In this document: in pieces, positions 29,346-38,480 of the stretch
How positions within the stretch are numbered: position 1 is the first letter of the stretch
Layout of the letters: every line of letters begins with the position of its first letter
DNA from: a candidate division WOR-3 bacterium
Lineage (GTDB): Bacteria > Hydrothermota > Tepidihabitantia > Tepidihabitantales > Tepidihabitantaceae
Direction: 5' to 3'
DNA length: 64,000 nt
NCBI GenBank assembly: GCA_965649205.1
Contig: CBFGJV010000006.1
Coordinates: 1-64,000 of the forward strand
The notes under the pieces: model-generated
What the model was told of the DNA's origin: nothing
The model's input: only the letters and a program-made list of their open reading frames with translations
The model's database searches: none
Translations under genes and position numbers: made by a program

Positions 29346-30047
29346 TCAAGACATATAGGTCCGCTCGATACCAAGGATTATGCGCAAAGACATGGCAATA
29401 CCGCCCAGCGCTAAACCTATACCGATACCCCGGACCGCAGCTGCTGTGACAATAGACATAAGCCAGTCCTTGACCACCGCAAACAATTCTAGTCCGGCGA
29501 ACTTGTCTGTTTCCAGACCGGGAATCATCAATCCGACCAGCTGGCCGATGCCCCGCCAGATGGCACTACCCAAGGGCACATTTCCGAGCATAACGAAACA
29601 CGCCGCCACGAGCAACAGAGTGGCGGCGAAATTGCGCACCCGAAAGGCTCTATACGCTGCCGAAACGATAAAAAAAGCCAGGCTGGCAAACATTGTCGCC
29701 TGCAGCGGCATTATCACATAAGTGTAAAGCCACATGAAAGGAGCGCGCAAAGCAAACGGACTCTGGAAACGTATCCAGGAATAGAAACCCAACCCCATCG
29801 TCACAAACAAAGACAAAACAAGCATCAGACTGTATGGCCAACCTTCCCTGCGCCGCCACACTCTGTTCAGGTGATGTCGCACCAACGAATCCAATCCTAA
29901 AAGAAAAGTGAAGCCCGATACTATCGCATACCAGTTGAGAAACCTGGATTCCAAGTCGCCAAACGGACGGTGGGGAATAGAGAATGCCACAATGAGCAGA
30001 AGCGCGGTAACAAAAACAATCAGAAGAGGGATATTCTTTTTCAACAT
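29346..30047 (-). CDS. Conserved hypothetical polytopic membrane protein (DUF6754 cluster)
   Basis: Multiple TM helices; PLQATMFASLAFFIVSAAYRAFRVRN and RGIGIG...LRIILGIER. Confidence 0.75.
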   Translation of the reverse strand: MLKKNIPLLIVFVTALLLIVAFSIPHRPFGDLESRFLNWYAIVSGFTFLLGLDSLVRHHLNRVWRRREGWPYSLMLVLSLFVTMGLGFYSWIRFQSPFALRAPFMWLYTYVIMPLQATMFASLAFFIVSAAYRAFRVRNFAATLLLVAACFVMLGNVPLGSAIWRGIGQLVGLMIPGLETDKFAGLELFAVVKDWLMSIVTAAAVRGIGIGLALGGIAMSLRIILGIERTYMS

Positions 30048-30076
30048 AACCGGAATCTGAAAGTATCCATCTGGCC

Positions 30077-31231
30077 TCAGTAAGCTGGCGTTGCCCAGCG
30101 CACCACAGTCTCAAACGCTTTTTGTAGCCAGGGGGCCTGCTGTTGCAGGATTGACGCCCCAGTTCCCAGCAGCACTACGGCGGTAATGAAAACAATCAGC
30201 CAGAAACGGATAAAGTCCTCTCCCTTGAGTGTACCCAGCATCACCGGTTCCGGCCGCAGATAACAGGAGGCCGCGTAAATCTCCTCGCCTATCATGGTAT
30301 AGTCGCACGCAGCAACGAAAAAAGGCAGCTGAGTAGTCTCGGTTGTACCCGCCAGCTGAATCGCCCCTACTGCATGACCGGTTTCAGCCATAATCAGCGA
30401 CTCGGCGTAGAAGTAACCCAGCCAGAATATCGCTCCCGGCTTTTCCCGCAGAATAATTCCATCTACTCCGGCAGCGTATCCAAACTGATCAGAAGTCAGG
30501 AAGGTAATATTGTCCGGATTGTAGAAATCCGGCCGACCCATTTCGGTATAGGCTTCCTTGACCGTCTCCTGAGCCGCCGTCATTACTATCGGGTCAGAGT
30601 TAGGCACCAAAAGACGGGTGGCATATTCCGCTGACTTCATTGCCACCTTGCGCAACAGGGGCAAAGCGGCTATGACCACCATATCCGTGATATAGCCCAG
30701 CCCAAAACTGAACAATATCGGCCGTCCCATCTCCGTCGCCCGACCCAGGGCTTCATCAATCGCATCCAGACCGGCTATCTTGCGCACGTACATCTTCGCG
30801 CCCCTGCGTGCCCGGTAGATGTAAAAAAGAAACAAAGCAGAAATCGCCAAAGTCAGAACCAATATATTCATACGGCTGGAATTGAACCACTGAGCAGAAG
30901 GAACTACCGGTCCGACCACAGCACTGGCTACTGAGTCGCCGTCAACAAGCATAAGCACGTAATAGTAATAAGAACTTCCATCCCGCAACGAGGAATCTGT
31001 ATCAACAATCTCGGAACTCGCAGCCGGTTCCTCTGCAATCAGTACGAAACCCGTATCTGGTTTCTCTGACCGAAAAATCTTGTATGTTTTTACGGAAACA
31101 GATTCGGCGTTCACAGCTTCCCATGTCACCAGTATTGCTCTCCCCTGGTCATTGGGATTATCCCTGGCTGAAACGGAAACGGATAATGCCCCCCAAAGGC
31201 CCTGCAGGAAGAGCAGCATAACCGTGAGCAT
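30077..31231 (-). CDS. Fibronectin-III-like domain plus DUF6754-type domain membrane protein
   Basis: DNPND-G-I-VTW, YKIFRS and YYYYV (FN3-like); TM; RKIAGLDAIDEALGRATEMGRP and CDYTMIGEEIYAAS. Confidence 0.75.
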   Translation of the reverse strand: MLTVMLLFLQGLWGALSVSVSARDNPNDQGRAILVTWEAVNAESVSVKTYKIFRSEKPDTGFVLIAEEPAASSEIVDTDSSLRDGSSYYYYVLMLVDGDSVASAVVGPVVPSAQWFNSSRMNILVLTLAISALFLFYIYRARRGAKMYVRKIAGLDAIDEALGRATEMGRPILFSFGLGYITDMVVIAALPLLRKVAMKSAEYATRLLVPNSDPIVMTAAQETVKEAYTEMGRPDFYNPDNITFLTSDQFGYAAGVDGIILREKPGAIFWLGYFYAESLIMAETGHAVGAIQLAGTTETTQLPFFVAACDYTMIGEEIYAASCYLRPEPVMLGTLKGEDFIRFWLIVFITAVVLLGTGASILQQQAPWLQKAFETVVRWATPAY

Positions 31232-31287
31232 AATTAGGCTACAATCCTAATACTGCTCTTTCTGCTGTCAAATTGTGAACTGTGAAC

Positions 31288-32046
31288 TCAGGCTTTCCGC
31301 CCACTATATCCTTCCGTCCGGTCTGCGGACCTGGCCAGTTCCTCAAATTTCTGCCGCATCTCAGCGTTAATGCGTTGCACCTCTGCGCGCAGACAAGGCC
31401 CGGAATTACAGAAATCTTTTCTGGGATAAATCGGATCTCCAACCAAAATCTCAATCTCGGTATTGAAAAGGTTTTCGGCCACAGAAAGAAAACCGGTCCA
31501 GCACTCCGTCCATACTGTAGTCTGAACTACTCGGCCGGCGTACCTCAGATTACGTATATACACCGGCAATACTGGCGCGCCGGTACGTGCCGCCAGATAC
31601 GCGGCACCGTCCTTGATATCCCTGACTTGGCCGCTCAGGTTGAAAGTACCCTCCGGGTAAATACCCACACACCCACCCAGCCGCAGAACCTCCATACACC
31701 TCCGCACTCCTCCTACATTGTACCACGGCTCTCCCGTTTCCACTGGAAACGCATCACATATATTGCGCATTATAAAACGGGAAAAAGGACCCCGAAACCA
31801 TCGGCTGGAAGCTGCAAAGAAAAGCCTGGTACGCAGAGCTATCTGCAGTATGACCGAATCTGCCCCATTGAGATGGTTGGCTACAACTATAAATCCTTTC
31901 CGCAAGAGCACCGTAACGCGACCAACCACCCGGACGCGAACACATAAACTGTAGATGACCAAGAGCAGCTGTTTGATACGAGTCCAGACCGTAGCACGCA
32001 CCAGCTGCAACCGGGACCGCTCTGAAACAGACATGGACCGCCGCAT
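31288..32046 (-). CDS. Lysophospholipid acyltransferase (PlsC family)
   Basis: NHxxxxD (ANHLNGAD), GIYPEGT, GAAYLA, PVLPV. Confidence 0.85.
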   Translation of the reverse strand: MRRSMSVSERSRLQLVRATVWTRIKQLLLVIYSLCVRVRVVGRVTVLLRKGFIVVANHLNGADSVILQIALRTRLFFAASSRWFRGPFSRFIMRNICDAFPVETGEPWYNVGGVRRCMEVLRLGGCVGIYPEGTFNLSGQVRDIKDGAAYLAARTGAPVLPVYIRNLRYAGRVVQTTVWTECWTGFLSVAENLFNTEIEILVGDPIYPRKDFCNSGPCLRAEVQRINAEMRQKFEELARSADRTEGYSGRKA

Positions 32047-32146
32047 CTCTTCGCCTTCGCTTCAGTGTACTACTCGCACTCCTGCTGTCAAGATACCCCG
32101 ACTTGCCTTGACCGCTTCCCTTGTCGTTGTTACACTGGCACTGATT

Positions 32147-33262
32147 ATGAAAAAAGTATTACCTCTGCTTATACTGATACTGGCTTTTGTTCTGCCAGCC
32201 GTACTCTGCAGTGCCGGGCCTCAGAACCAGTCGTCCCGGGACCAGAATGTCAGTCTGAGCGAATCCCGCCGTACCGCCATCGTCCGAGCCGCCGAACTGG
32301 TGAGTCCCTCTGTAGTTTCGGTAGTCGTGACTCAAGTACAGGTAGTAACCTATGATCCGTTCGCAGGTCTCGGCCTGGATAACTTCTTCCGAGATTTCTT
32401 TCCGCCTCGTCAGTTTCGGCAAGAAGCAAAGTCCATGGGCTCGGGCGTAATAATTTCGGAAGATGGCGACATTATCACCAATGCCCACGTAGTACGCAAC
32501 GCCACCCAGATAAAAGTTACTCTGCCTTCAAACCAGGAGTTTGATGCTGAACTGGAAGGCATTGACAACGTCCGGGACCTGGCCCTGCTCAAAGTAAGAG
32601 CAAAGAACCTCCCTTCTGCTCCGCTGGGCAACTCAGATGACCTGATGATAGGAGAGTGGGCGATTGCCTTCGGCAATCCTTTTGGATTTCTGCTGGAAGA
32701 TGCTCAACCCACTGTTACGGTTGGCGTCATCTCCGCCCTGCACCGGGATGTAAAGACCGGACACGGCCAGGTTATGTCGGACATGATACAGACAGATGCC
32801 GCCATCAACCCGGGAAACTCTGGCGGCCCCCTGGTTAATGCTGCAGGAGAGGTAATTGGCATAAACACCTTCATTTTTACTCATTCAGGCGGCTCAGAAG
32901 GAATTGGCTTTGCCCGACCCATCAACGACGTAAAACAGTTCGTGGCTGAGGTACGCGGTACCGCCGCTACCCCCCGCTCAATTTCCACCCGACTGGGCTG
33001 CTCGGTGGCAAATATTGAGTCCCGTCTGCGAGCACGCTTCAACCTCTCCTACGACCGGGGAGTGGTAATTACAGAAGTGTCCAGCAAGGGTATCGCCCAA
33101 GCTATGGGACTGGCGCCCGGTGACGTCATCCTCATGGCCCAAGGCCGGGTGGTGCGAGATGCAGCCAGTTTCCAAAAGATCTATGAAAAACTACCCGCCG
33201 TAGTGAATATCGTCATAGACCGAGCAGGAGAACAGGCCCGGCTGGTCTATCCCCTGCAATGA
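32147..33262 (+). CDS. HtrA/DegP-like serine protease with PDZ domain
   Basis: GSGVII, TNAHVV, DLALLKV, QTDAAINPGNSGGPL; signal peptide begins at ATG32147. Confidence 0.92.
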   Translation: MKKVLPLLILILAFVLPAVLCSAGPQNQSSRDQNVSLSESRRTAIVRAAELVSPSVVSVVVTQVQVVTYDPFAGLGLDNFFRDFFPPRQFRQEAKSMGSGVIISEDGDIITNAHVVRNATQIKVTLPSNQEFDAELEGIDNVRDLALLKVRAKNLPSAPLGNSDDLMIGEWAIAFGNPFGFLLEDAQPTVTVGVISALHRDVKTGHGQVMSDMIQTDAAINPGNSGGPLVNAAGEVIGINTFIFTHSGGSEGIGFARPINDVKQFVAEVRGTAATPRSISTRLGCSVANIESRLRARFNLSYDRGVVITEVSSKGIAQAMGLAPGDVILMAQGRVVRDAASFQKIYEKLPAVVNIVIDRAGEQARLVYPLQ

Positions 33263-34557
33263 TAGAACGATACACCACGCCAGAAATGGCCGCGCTCTGG
33301 TCTGAGCAGGCCAAATTTGAATCCTGGCTGCAGGTAGAAAAGGCAGTAGCCCAGGTGCAGGGCGAACTTGGACTTATCCCCCGTACCGCGGCCCGGGCTA
33401 TTCAGCGTGCCAGCTTCAAACTGGAAGAAATAGCAGAATACGAAAAGGAAACAAACCACGATGTTATCGCCTTTGTCCGCAGCGTCGCCCGTAGCATAGG
33501 TCAGGCCGGCGCCTACGTGCACTATGGCCTCACCTCCTACGACGTCGTGGATACGGCTCTGTCGCTGCGTATACTCGCCGGTCTGAAGGTTGTAAGCAAA
33601 GCTCTAGAGGAACTGCGGCGCCATATCCTTCACCTTGCACGGAAACACCGGCGCACGCCGATGATCGGCCGTACCCACGGCATGCATGCTGAACCTATTA
33701 CTTTCGGTCTCAAATGCCTTTCCTGGTCTGAAGAAGTCGGCCGTAATCTGACCAGACTGCGCCAAGCGGCAGAGGAAATGCGCCATGGCAAACTATCCGG
33801 CACAGTTGGAGCCTATACCCAGCTTCCCCCCTCCTTTGAGGTTCGCGTTTTGAAGATTCTGAAACTGAAACCAGAGCCTGTATCCACTCAGGTCATTCCC
33901 CGTGATCGGCACGCCTATCTGCTCTGCGTACTCGCATTGGCAGCCACCGGTCTGGAACGGATTGCCACGGAAATCCGCAATCTGCAACGCCCGGAAATTG
34001 GCGAACTCGCCGAACCTTTCACCCGGGGCCAACGCGGTTCATCTGCTATGCCGCATAAGCAGAATCCCATCATCTGTGAAAGAATCTGCGGCCTCGCTCG
34101 CGTTGTACGGGGACTTACCGCAGTCGGATATGAAAACATCCCGCTCTGGCACGAACGAGACCTGACTAACTCTGCCCCGGAACGGATTGCCATCCCGGGG
34201 GCTTTTTCTCTGGTTCATTATATCACTCGCAAGCTCTCCGCAGTTATGTACGGACTGGTAGTGAGGCAGGACCGGATGAAAGAAAATCTGGAAGCATCGG
34301 GCGGTATTTTTTTCTCCCAGGGACTGATGCTCGCCCTGGTACGCGCTGGTCTGGATCGGGAAAGCGCCTATAAACTGGTACAGCGATTGGCTTTTGAAGC
34401 CCAGGAAACGGGCCGCCCGTTCACCGAACTGTGTCGTCAGAATCCAGTTATTCTCCAGAAGCTGGGCGAACGCAATCTGGCCCATGTGTTCGACCTGCAA
34501 CACCTGCTCCGGCACGTGGACGTGGTTTACCGTCGAACCGGTCTTACTCGCCGCTGA
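33259..34557 (+). CDS. purB: Adenylosuccinate lyase
   Basis: MIERY, HDVIAF, HYGLTS-D, GRTHG, GSSAMPHKQNP, WHERD. Confidence 0.97.
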   Translation: MIERYTTPEMAALWSEQAKFESWLQVEKAVAQVQGELGLIPRTAARAIQRASFKLEEIAEYEKETNHDVIAFVRSVARSIGQAGAYVHYGLTSYDVVDTALSLRILAGLKVVSKALEELRRHILHLARKHRRTPMIGRTHGMHAEPITFGLKCLSWSEEVGRNLTRLRQAAEEMRHGKLSGTVGAYTQLPPSFEVRVLKILKLKPEPVSTQVIPRDRHAYLLCVLALAATGLERIATEIRNLQRPEIGELAEPFTRGQRGSSAMPHKQNPIICERICGLARVVRGLTAVGYENIPLWHERDLTNSAPERIAIPGAFSLVHYITRKLSAVMYGLVVRQDRMKENLEASGGIFFSQGLMLALVRAGLDRESAYKLVQRLAFEAQETGRPFTELCRQNPVILQKLGERNLAHVFDLQHLLRHVDVVYRRTGLTRR

Positions 34558-34575
34558 ACCTCAGTCTATGCTCTG

Positions 34576-35697
34576 ATGGATGCCGCCATTTCTAACACCG
34601 GTCGCTGTCTCATTGACGGTTCCCGCCTTATCGTCGAGTCCCTGGCTAGGGCTGGGGCTGATACCTTTTTAGGTTATCCGATAACGCCGGCCAATCTCAT
34701 CTATCAGTACGCATTTCGACGCATTCCCCTGGCCATAGCCGCCCCGGACGAAATCACCGCCTTGCAATGGATGGCGGGATTCGCAGCCTGCGGGAGGCTT
34801 CCCTTCACCGCCACTTCCTACCCCGGTTTCGCCTTGATGGCTGAATCTATTGGCATGTCACATATGATGGAACTACCCATGGTCATAGTGCTAGCCCAAC
34901 GTCTGGGACCTTCTACCGGTAGTGCTACCGACAGTGCCCAAGGCGACCTGTTGCTGGTGCGCGGCCTGCTTTCTGGAGGCTACTCTCTTCCCGTGCTCTG
35001 TCCGTCCAGTTTTGCCGATTGCTGGGAGCTACCAGCTCTGGCTGTGCAGACTGCTCTTCGATTACGCAGCCCGGTCATATTGCTGACTTCCAAGGAGATG
35101 GTCATGACGCAGCGGGACTGGGACCTGTCCAGCTTGACCAGCATCACCCCAGCCAGACGTGATTTCTACTCCGGTTCTGCACCTTATGAAACATATGCTC
35201 CCCAGAGTAATCTGGTTCCTGCCTTCCTGCCTGTAGGCAACTCCTCGCACCAGGTACGTCTAAACGCCTCCACCCACGACACCAGAGGTCTTCCCGGACC
35301 TGCCGCGGGACCTGGTCTGGCTAACGCCTTGCGGCTGGAGAAAAAGGTGAGAAACAATCTGTCCGATTTTACCCGCTTCGATTTGGACGAACAGGCTGGA
35401 GCGCAAACAGTCATTGTTTCCTGGGACATCACAGCCCTGGCGGCTCGCGAGGCTACCCTGCTCTTGCGCCGTCAAGGCCGGCAGGTGTCTCTGCTCATAC
35501 CTAAAACACTTCTACCTGTTCCCCCTATTTATCTGGAGATTCTGAACCGCTACTCCAGAATTGTGATTGCCGAAGAAAACTTCGGCGGACAGCTGAAGGA
35601 AATTATATTTGGCACCTATGAACGACCAGGGGTCATACCCGTGAACGCGGTAGGTCGCTTGCTCACTCCGAATGAAATTGCCGAGGCAGCCGCATGA
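34576..35697 (+). CDS. 2-oxoacid:ferredoxin oxidoreductase alpha subunit
   Basis: GYPITP, DEI, TATS-PGF-LM-E, QR-GPSTG, EEN-GQ. Confidence 0.85.
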   Translation: MDAAISNTGRCLIDGSRLIVESLARAGADTFLGYPITPANLIYQYAFRRIPLAIAAPDEITALQWMAGFAACGRLPFTATSYPGFALMAESIGMSHMMELPMVIVLAQRLGPSTGSATDSAQGDLLLVRGLLSGGYSLPVLCPSSFADCWELPALAVQTALRLRSPVILLTSKEMVMTQRDWDLSSLTSITPARRDFYSGSAPYETYAPQSNLVPAFLPVGNSSHQVRLNASTHDTRGLPGPAAGPGLANALRLEKKVRNNLSDFTRFDLDEQAGAQTVIVSWDITALAAREATLLLRRQGRQVSLLIPKTLLPVPPIYLEILNRYSRIVIAEENFGGQLKEIIFGTYERPGVIPVNAVGRLLTPNEIAEAAA

Positions 35698-36965
35698 ACA
35701 ACCGGTTTCTATCTGATGGAGACTTGCCCTTCTGCCCAGGCTGTGGCCACGCTCTTACTGTACGCAACACGGCGAGAGCGCTGGAAAAACTACAACTCGA
35801 CCCTCTTGATGTGGTCTTGGTCACTGACATTGGCTGCCATGGCATCATTGATCGTAACTTTCATACCCATACGGTACACGGCATCCACGGTCGCTCGCTT
35901 GCCTTGTCCGCAGGCATAGCCTCCTGCCTGCCAGAAGGCAAGGTAGTCATCGCTTTCTTGGGAGATGGCGGGGCAATCATCGGTCTCCAGCATCTCTTTC
36001 AGGCCGCTCACTACAACTTTCCCCTTACCGCTGTCGTTTTTAACAACATGCTTTATGGCATGACCGGCGGTCAACCCTCCGGACTTACTCCCTGCGGCTA
36101 CCGCACGCCTACCCACCCCACAGGTACCAGAGAAGCGGGGATTGACCTGTGTCGCTGGTTGCATGCCGCAGGAGCTGCCAGCGTGGAACGGGTCATCTGC
36201 CGCGGCGACTTCTCAGACGCAATTTCCCGGGCCATTTTGACACCCGGGTTTTCGCTCGTGGAAGTGATAGAACAATGTCCTAGCTACGGAATTAAGCACA
36301 ACCCTGGCCGGTCTGTGGAAGAACTACTGGATGCCGCCGGCCTCTCCGTAGGTTTATGGCGCAACGAAAATGCCGTACCGACTCGCTTCTCACCCCGGGA
36401 AAACCTGGACTCGCTCCTGCATCTGGAACCCCTTGAGCAGAAGTATACCGCCACTCTGAACCGCCGCATCTCCATACTTGTTGGCGGCTCGGCTGGCGAG
36501 GGAGTACAATCTGCCGCCGAGATGTTCGCTCGTGCGGCCATTTCTTCCGGACTAAGCGCCACCAAACGGGGTTGGTACCCGGTAACTGTCGGCACCGGTT
36601 ATTCGGCTGCAGACATCGTCATTTCCCCAGAACCAATTCTTTACGCGGGCGTAGTAGTACCGGACCTGGCCGTTCTTACTTCTGAAGACGGCTTCAAACG
36701 TTGTGCTTCTACCGTACGCCCTATGCCTTCCGGGTGGGTACTGCTTGATGATGACCTGCCCGAATTGGAAACCAGAGCCTGTCTAAAACGTGCCCCGCTT
36801 CGCCGAACCGCTGGCCGCCGTCAGGCAGCGTTGTATGCGCTTGCCCTCCTTTTACGCGAACACAAACTGTTTCCCCTTTCCGCCCTGCTGGAGGCACACA
36901 AACACAGCAAACTCGCAACTAAATTGGATCTGACCCGTCTTCTCTCTGCAGAGGAGAACGTATGA
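35694..36965 (+). CDS. 2-oxoacid:ferredoxin oxidoreductase beta subunit fused to a gamma-like domain
   Basis: FCPGCGH, DIGC, HGR, GDGG and NN-LYGMTGGQ (TPP binding), then GSAGEGVQSA (gamma domain). Confidence 0.85.
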   Translation: MNNRFLSDGDLPFCPGCGHALTVRNTARALEKLQLDPLDVVLVTDIGCHGIIDRNFHTHTVHGIHGRSLALSAGIASCLPEGKVVIAFLGDGGAIIGLQHLFQAAHYNFPLTAVVFNNMLYGMTGGQPSGLTPCGYRTPTHPTGTREAGIDLCRWLHAAGAASVERVICRGDFSDAISRAILTPGFSLVEVIEQCPSYGIKHNPGRSVEELLDAAGLSVGLWRNENAVPTRFSPRENLDSLLHLEPLEQKYTATLNRRISILVGGSAGEGVQSAAEMFARAAISSGLSATKRGWYPVTVGTGYSAADIVISPEPILYAGVVVPDLAVLTSEDGFKRCASTVRPMPSGWVLLDDDLPELETRACLKRAPLRRTAGRRQAALYALALLLREHKLFPLSALLEAHKHSKLATKLDLTRLLSAEENV

Positions 36966-37041
36966 GTCAGAAAGCCTTTGTTTGCCTGCGTCAGTACGGT
37001 TTTTCGTTTTATTTAATCCTAAACAATAATCAGGAGGACTT

Positions 37042-38241
37042 ATGATAGACTTCTCTTTCACTGAAGAACAGAAGTTTGTACAAGACTTGGCGCGCAAGTG
37101 GGCCCAAGCCGAGGTGCTGCCTCTAATTCAGGAAAAAGACCAGAAAGCCGAATTCGACCCTGCGTTTCTTCGCGGCATGGCGGCGCTGGGGTTGCTGGGC
37201 CTTTCCCTGCCCTCAAGGTATGGCGGCATCGGCAATGACTATATCGCCCTAGGCTTGGCCTGCGAAGAACTGGAGTATGTTGATACCTCCCTGCGCGTCA
37301 TTCTCTCGGTCCACATCGGACTAAACAGTCTCACCCTGCTCTCCTGGGCAACGGAAGAGCAGAAACAGCGCTGGCTGGTGCCACAGGCCAAAGGGGAAAA
37401 ACTGGGCACCTTTGGTCTTACGGAACCTGCAGCTGGCAGCGACGCTCTCGGTATCCAGTGCACCGCCCGCAAAGACGGCACTGACTATGTGATCAGCGGC
37501 GAAAAAATGTGGATTTCTCTGGCTGACATTGCCGACCATTTCATAATCCTTGCCTGGACCGATGCAGAAAAAAAGCAACGCCGCGACCACACGGGCATGT
37601 CTGCTTTTCTTCTCGAACGAGGTATGAAGGGCCTTTCAACAGCCACCATACACGGCAAATTGGGAGTGCGGGCGGGAAACACCGGTTCCATCGCCCTGGA
37701 CGAGGTCCGCGTACCAAAGGAAAACATCTTAGGCCAGGAGGGTGAAGGATTCCGCATCGCCATGTTTGCCATAGACCAGGGCCGCTACACCGTAGCCGCC
37801 GGCTCTACTGGCCTGATTCGCGCCTGCCTTGATGCATCAGTAGAATACGCTCAGACTCGCACCACCTTCGGCCGCCCCATAGCAGAGCATCAACTTATCA
37901 AAGAGATGATAGCGGAAATGGCTTCCGACTACGAAGCTGCCCGATTGCTCTGGCTAAAAGCCGGGTGGCTTAAGAACGAAGGACGGCGCAATACCCGCGA
38001 AACATCACTTGCCAAGATGTACGCCTGCCAGTGTGCGGAAAAAGCCGCTTCCAACGCGGTCCAGATTCATGGCGCCTATGGCTTCTCCAACGAATACAAC
38101 GTGGAACGCTTCTATCGCAACGCCAAAGGCGCACAGATATACGAAGGTTCGCGGGAAATACACAAACTCCTGCAAGCTGACTATGCACTCGGCTTGCGCC
38201 AGGATAAGCCCACCCGCTGCACACTGCCCAAACCTGAATAG
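37042..38241 (+). CDS. Acyl-CoA dehydrogenase (possibly glutaryl-CoA dehydrogenase-like)
   Basis: LTEPAAGSD, KMWIS, KLGVRA, HGAYGF, IYEGS. Confidence 0.9.
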   Translation: MIDFSFTEEQKFVQDLARKWAQAEVLPLIQEKDQKAEFDPAFLRGMAALGLLGLSLPSRYGGIGNDYIALGLACEELEYVDTSLRVILSVHIGLNSLTLLSWATEEQKQRWLVPQAKGEKLGTFGLTEPAAGSDALGIQCTARKDGTDYVISGEKMWISLADIADHFIILAWTDAEKKQRRDHTGMSAFLLERGMKGLSTATIHGKLGVRAGNTGSIALDEVRVPKENILGQEGEGFRIAMFAIDQGRYTVAAGSTGLIRACLDASVEYAQTRTTFGRPIAEHQLIKEMIAEMASDYEAARLLWLKAGWLKNEGRRNTRETSLAKMYACQCAEKAASNAVQIHGAYGFSNEYNVERFYRNAKGAQIYEGSREIHKLLQADYALGLRQDKPTRCTLPKPE

Positions 38242-38253
38242 AGAGGAGCAGAA

Positions 38254-38442
38254 ATGCCGGTCATATATCTGAAGTCTGGCGGCAGCGTGACCTGCGCCGC
38301 CTACACTCTCAAGGAAGGAATGATCCGCGCTGTAGACGTAAAGTTCAACGACGTACCCGGCATCCCGGAAGAAAAGTCAACCATGAGCAATGCGGACGTT
38401 TCTCCGGCTAACATACTATATATATTGCCGGGCAAGGTATAA
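38254..38442 (+). CDS. Small hypothetical protein (62 aa)
   Basis: SD GAGGAG, sits inside the operon, beta-rich sequence. Confidence 0.65.
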   Translation: MPVIYLKSGGSVTCAAYTLKEGMIRAVDVKFNDVPGIPEEKSTMSNADVSPANILYILPGKV

Positions 38443-38480
38443 CCGCACAACTCTCGGATTCATACCTCCTTTATGACTGA

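Noticed and set aside
31266..31287. TGTGAAC direct repeat beside the DUF6754 cluster -35 box
   Set aside because: Only two perfect copies; could be chance.
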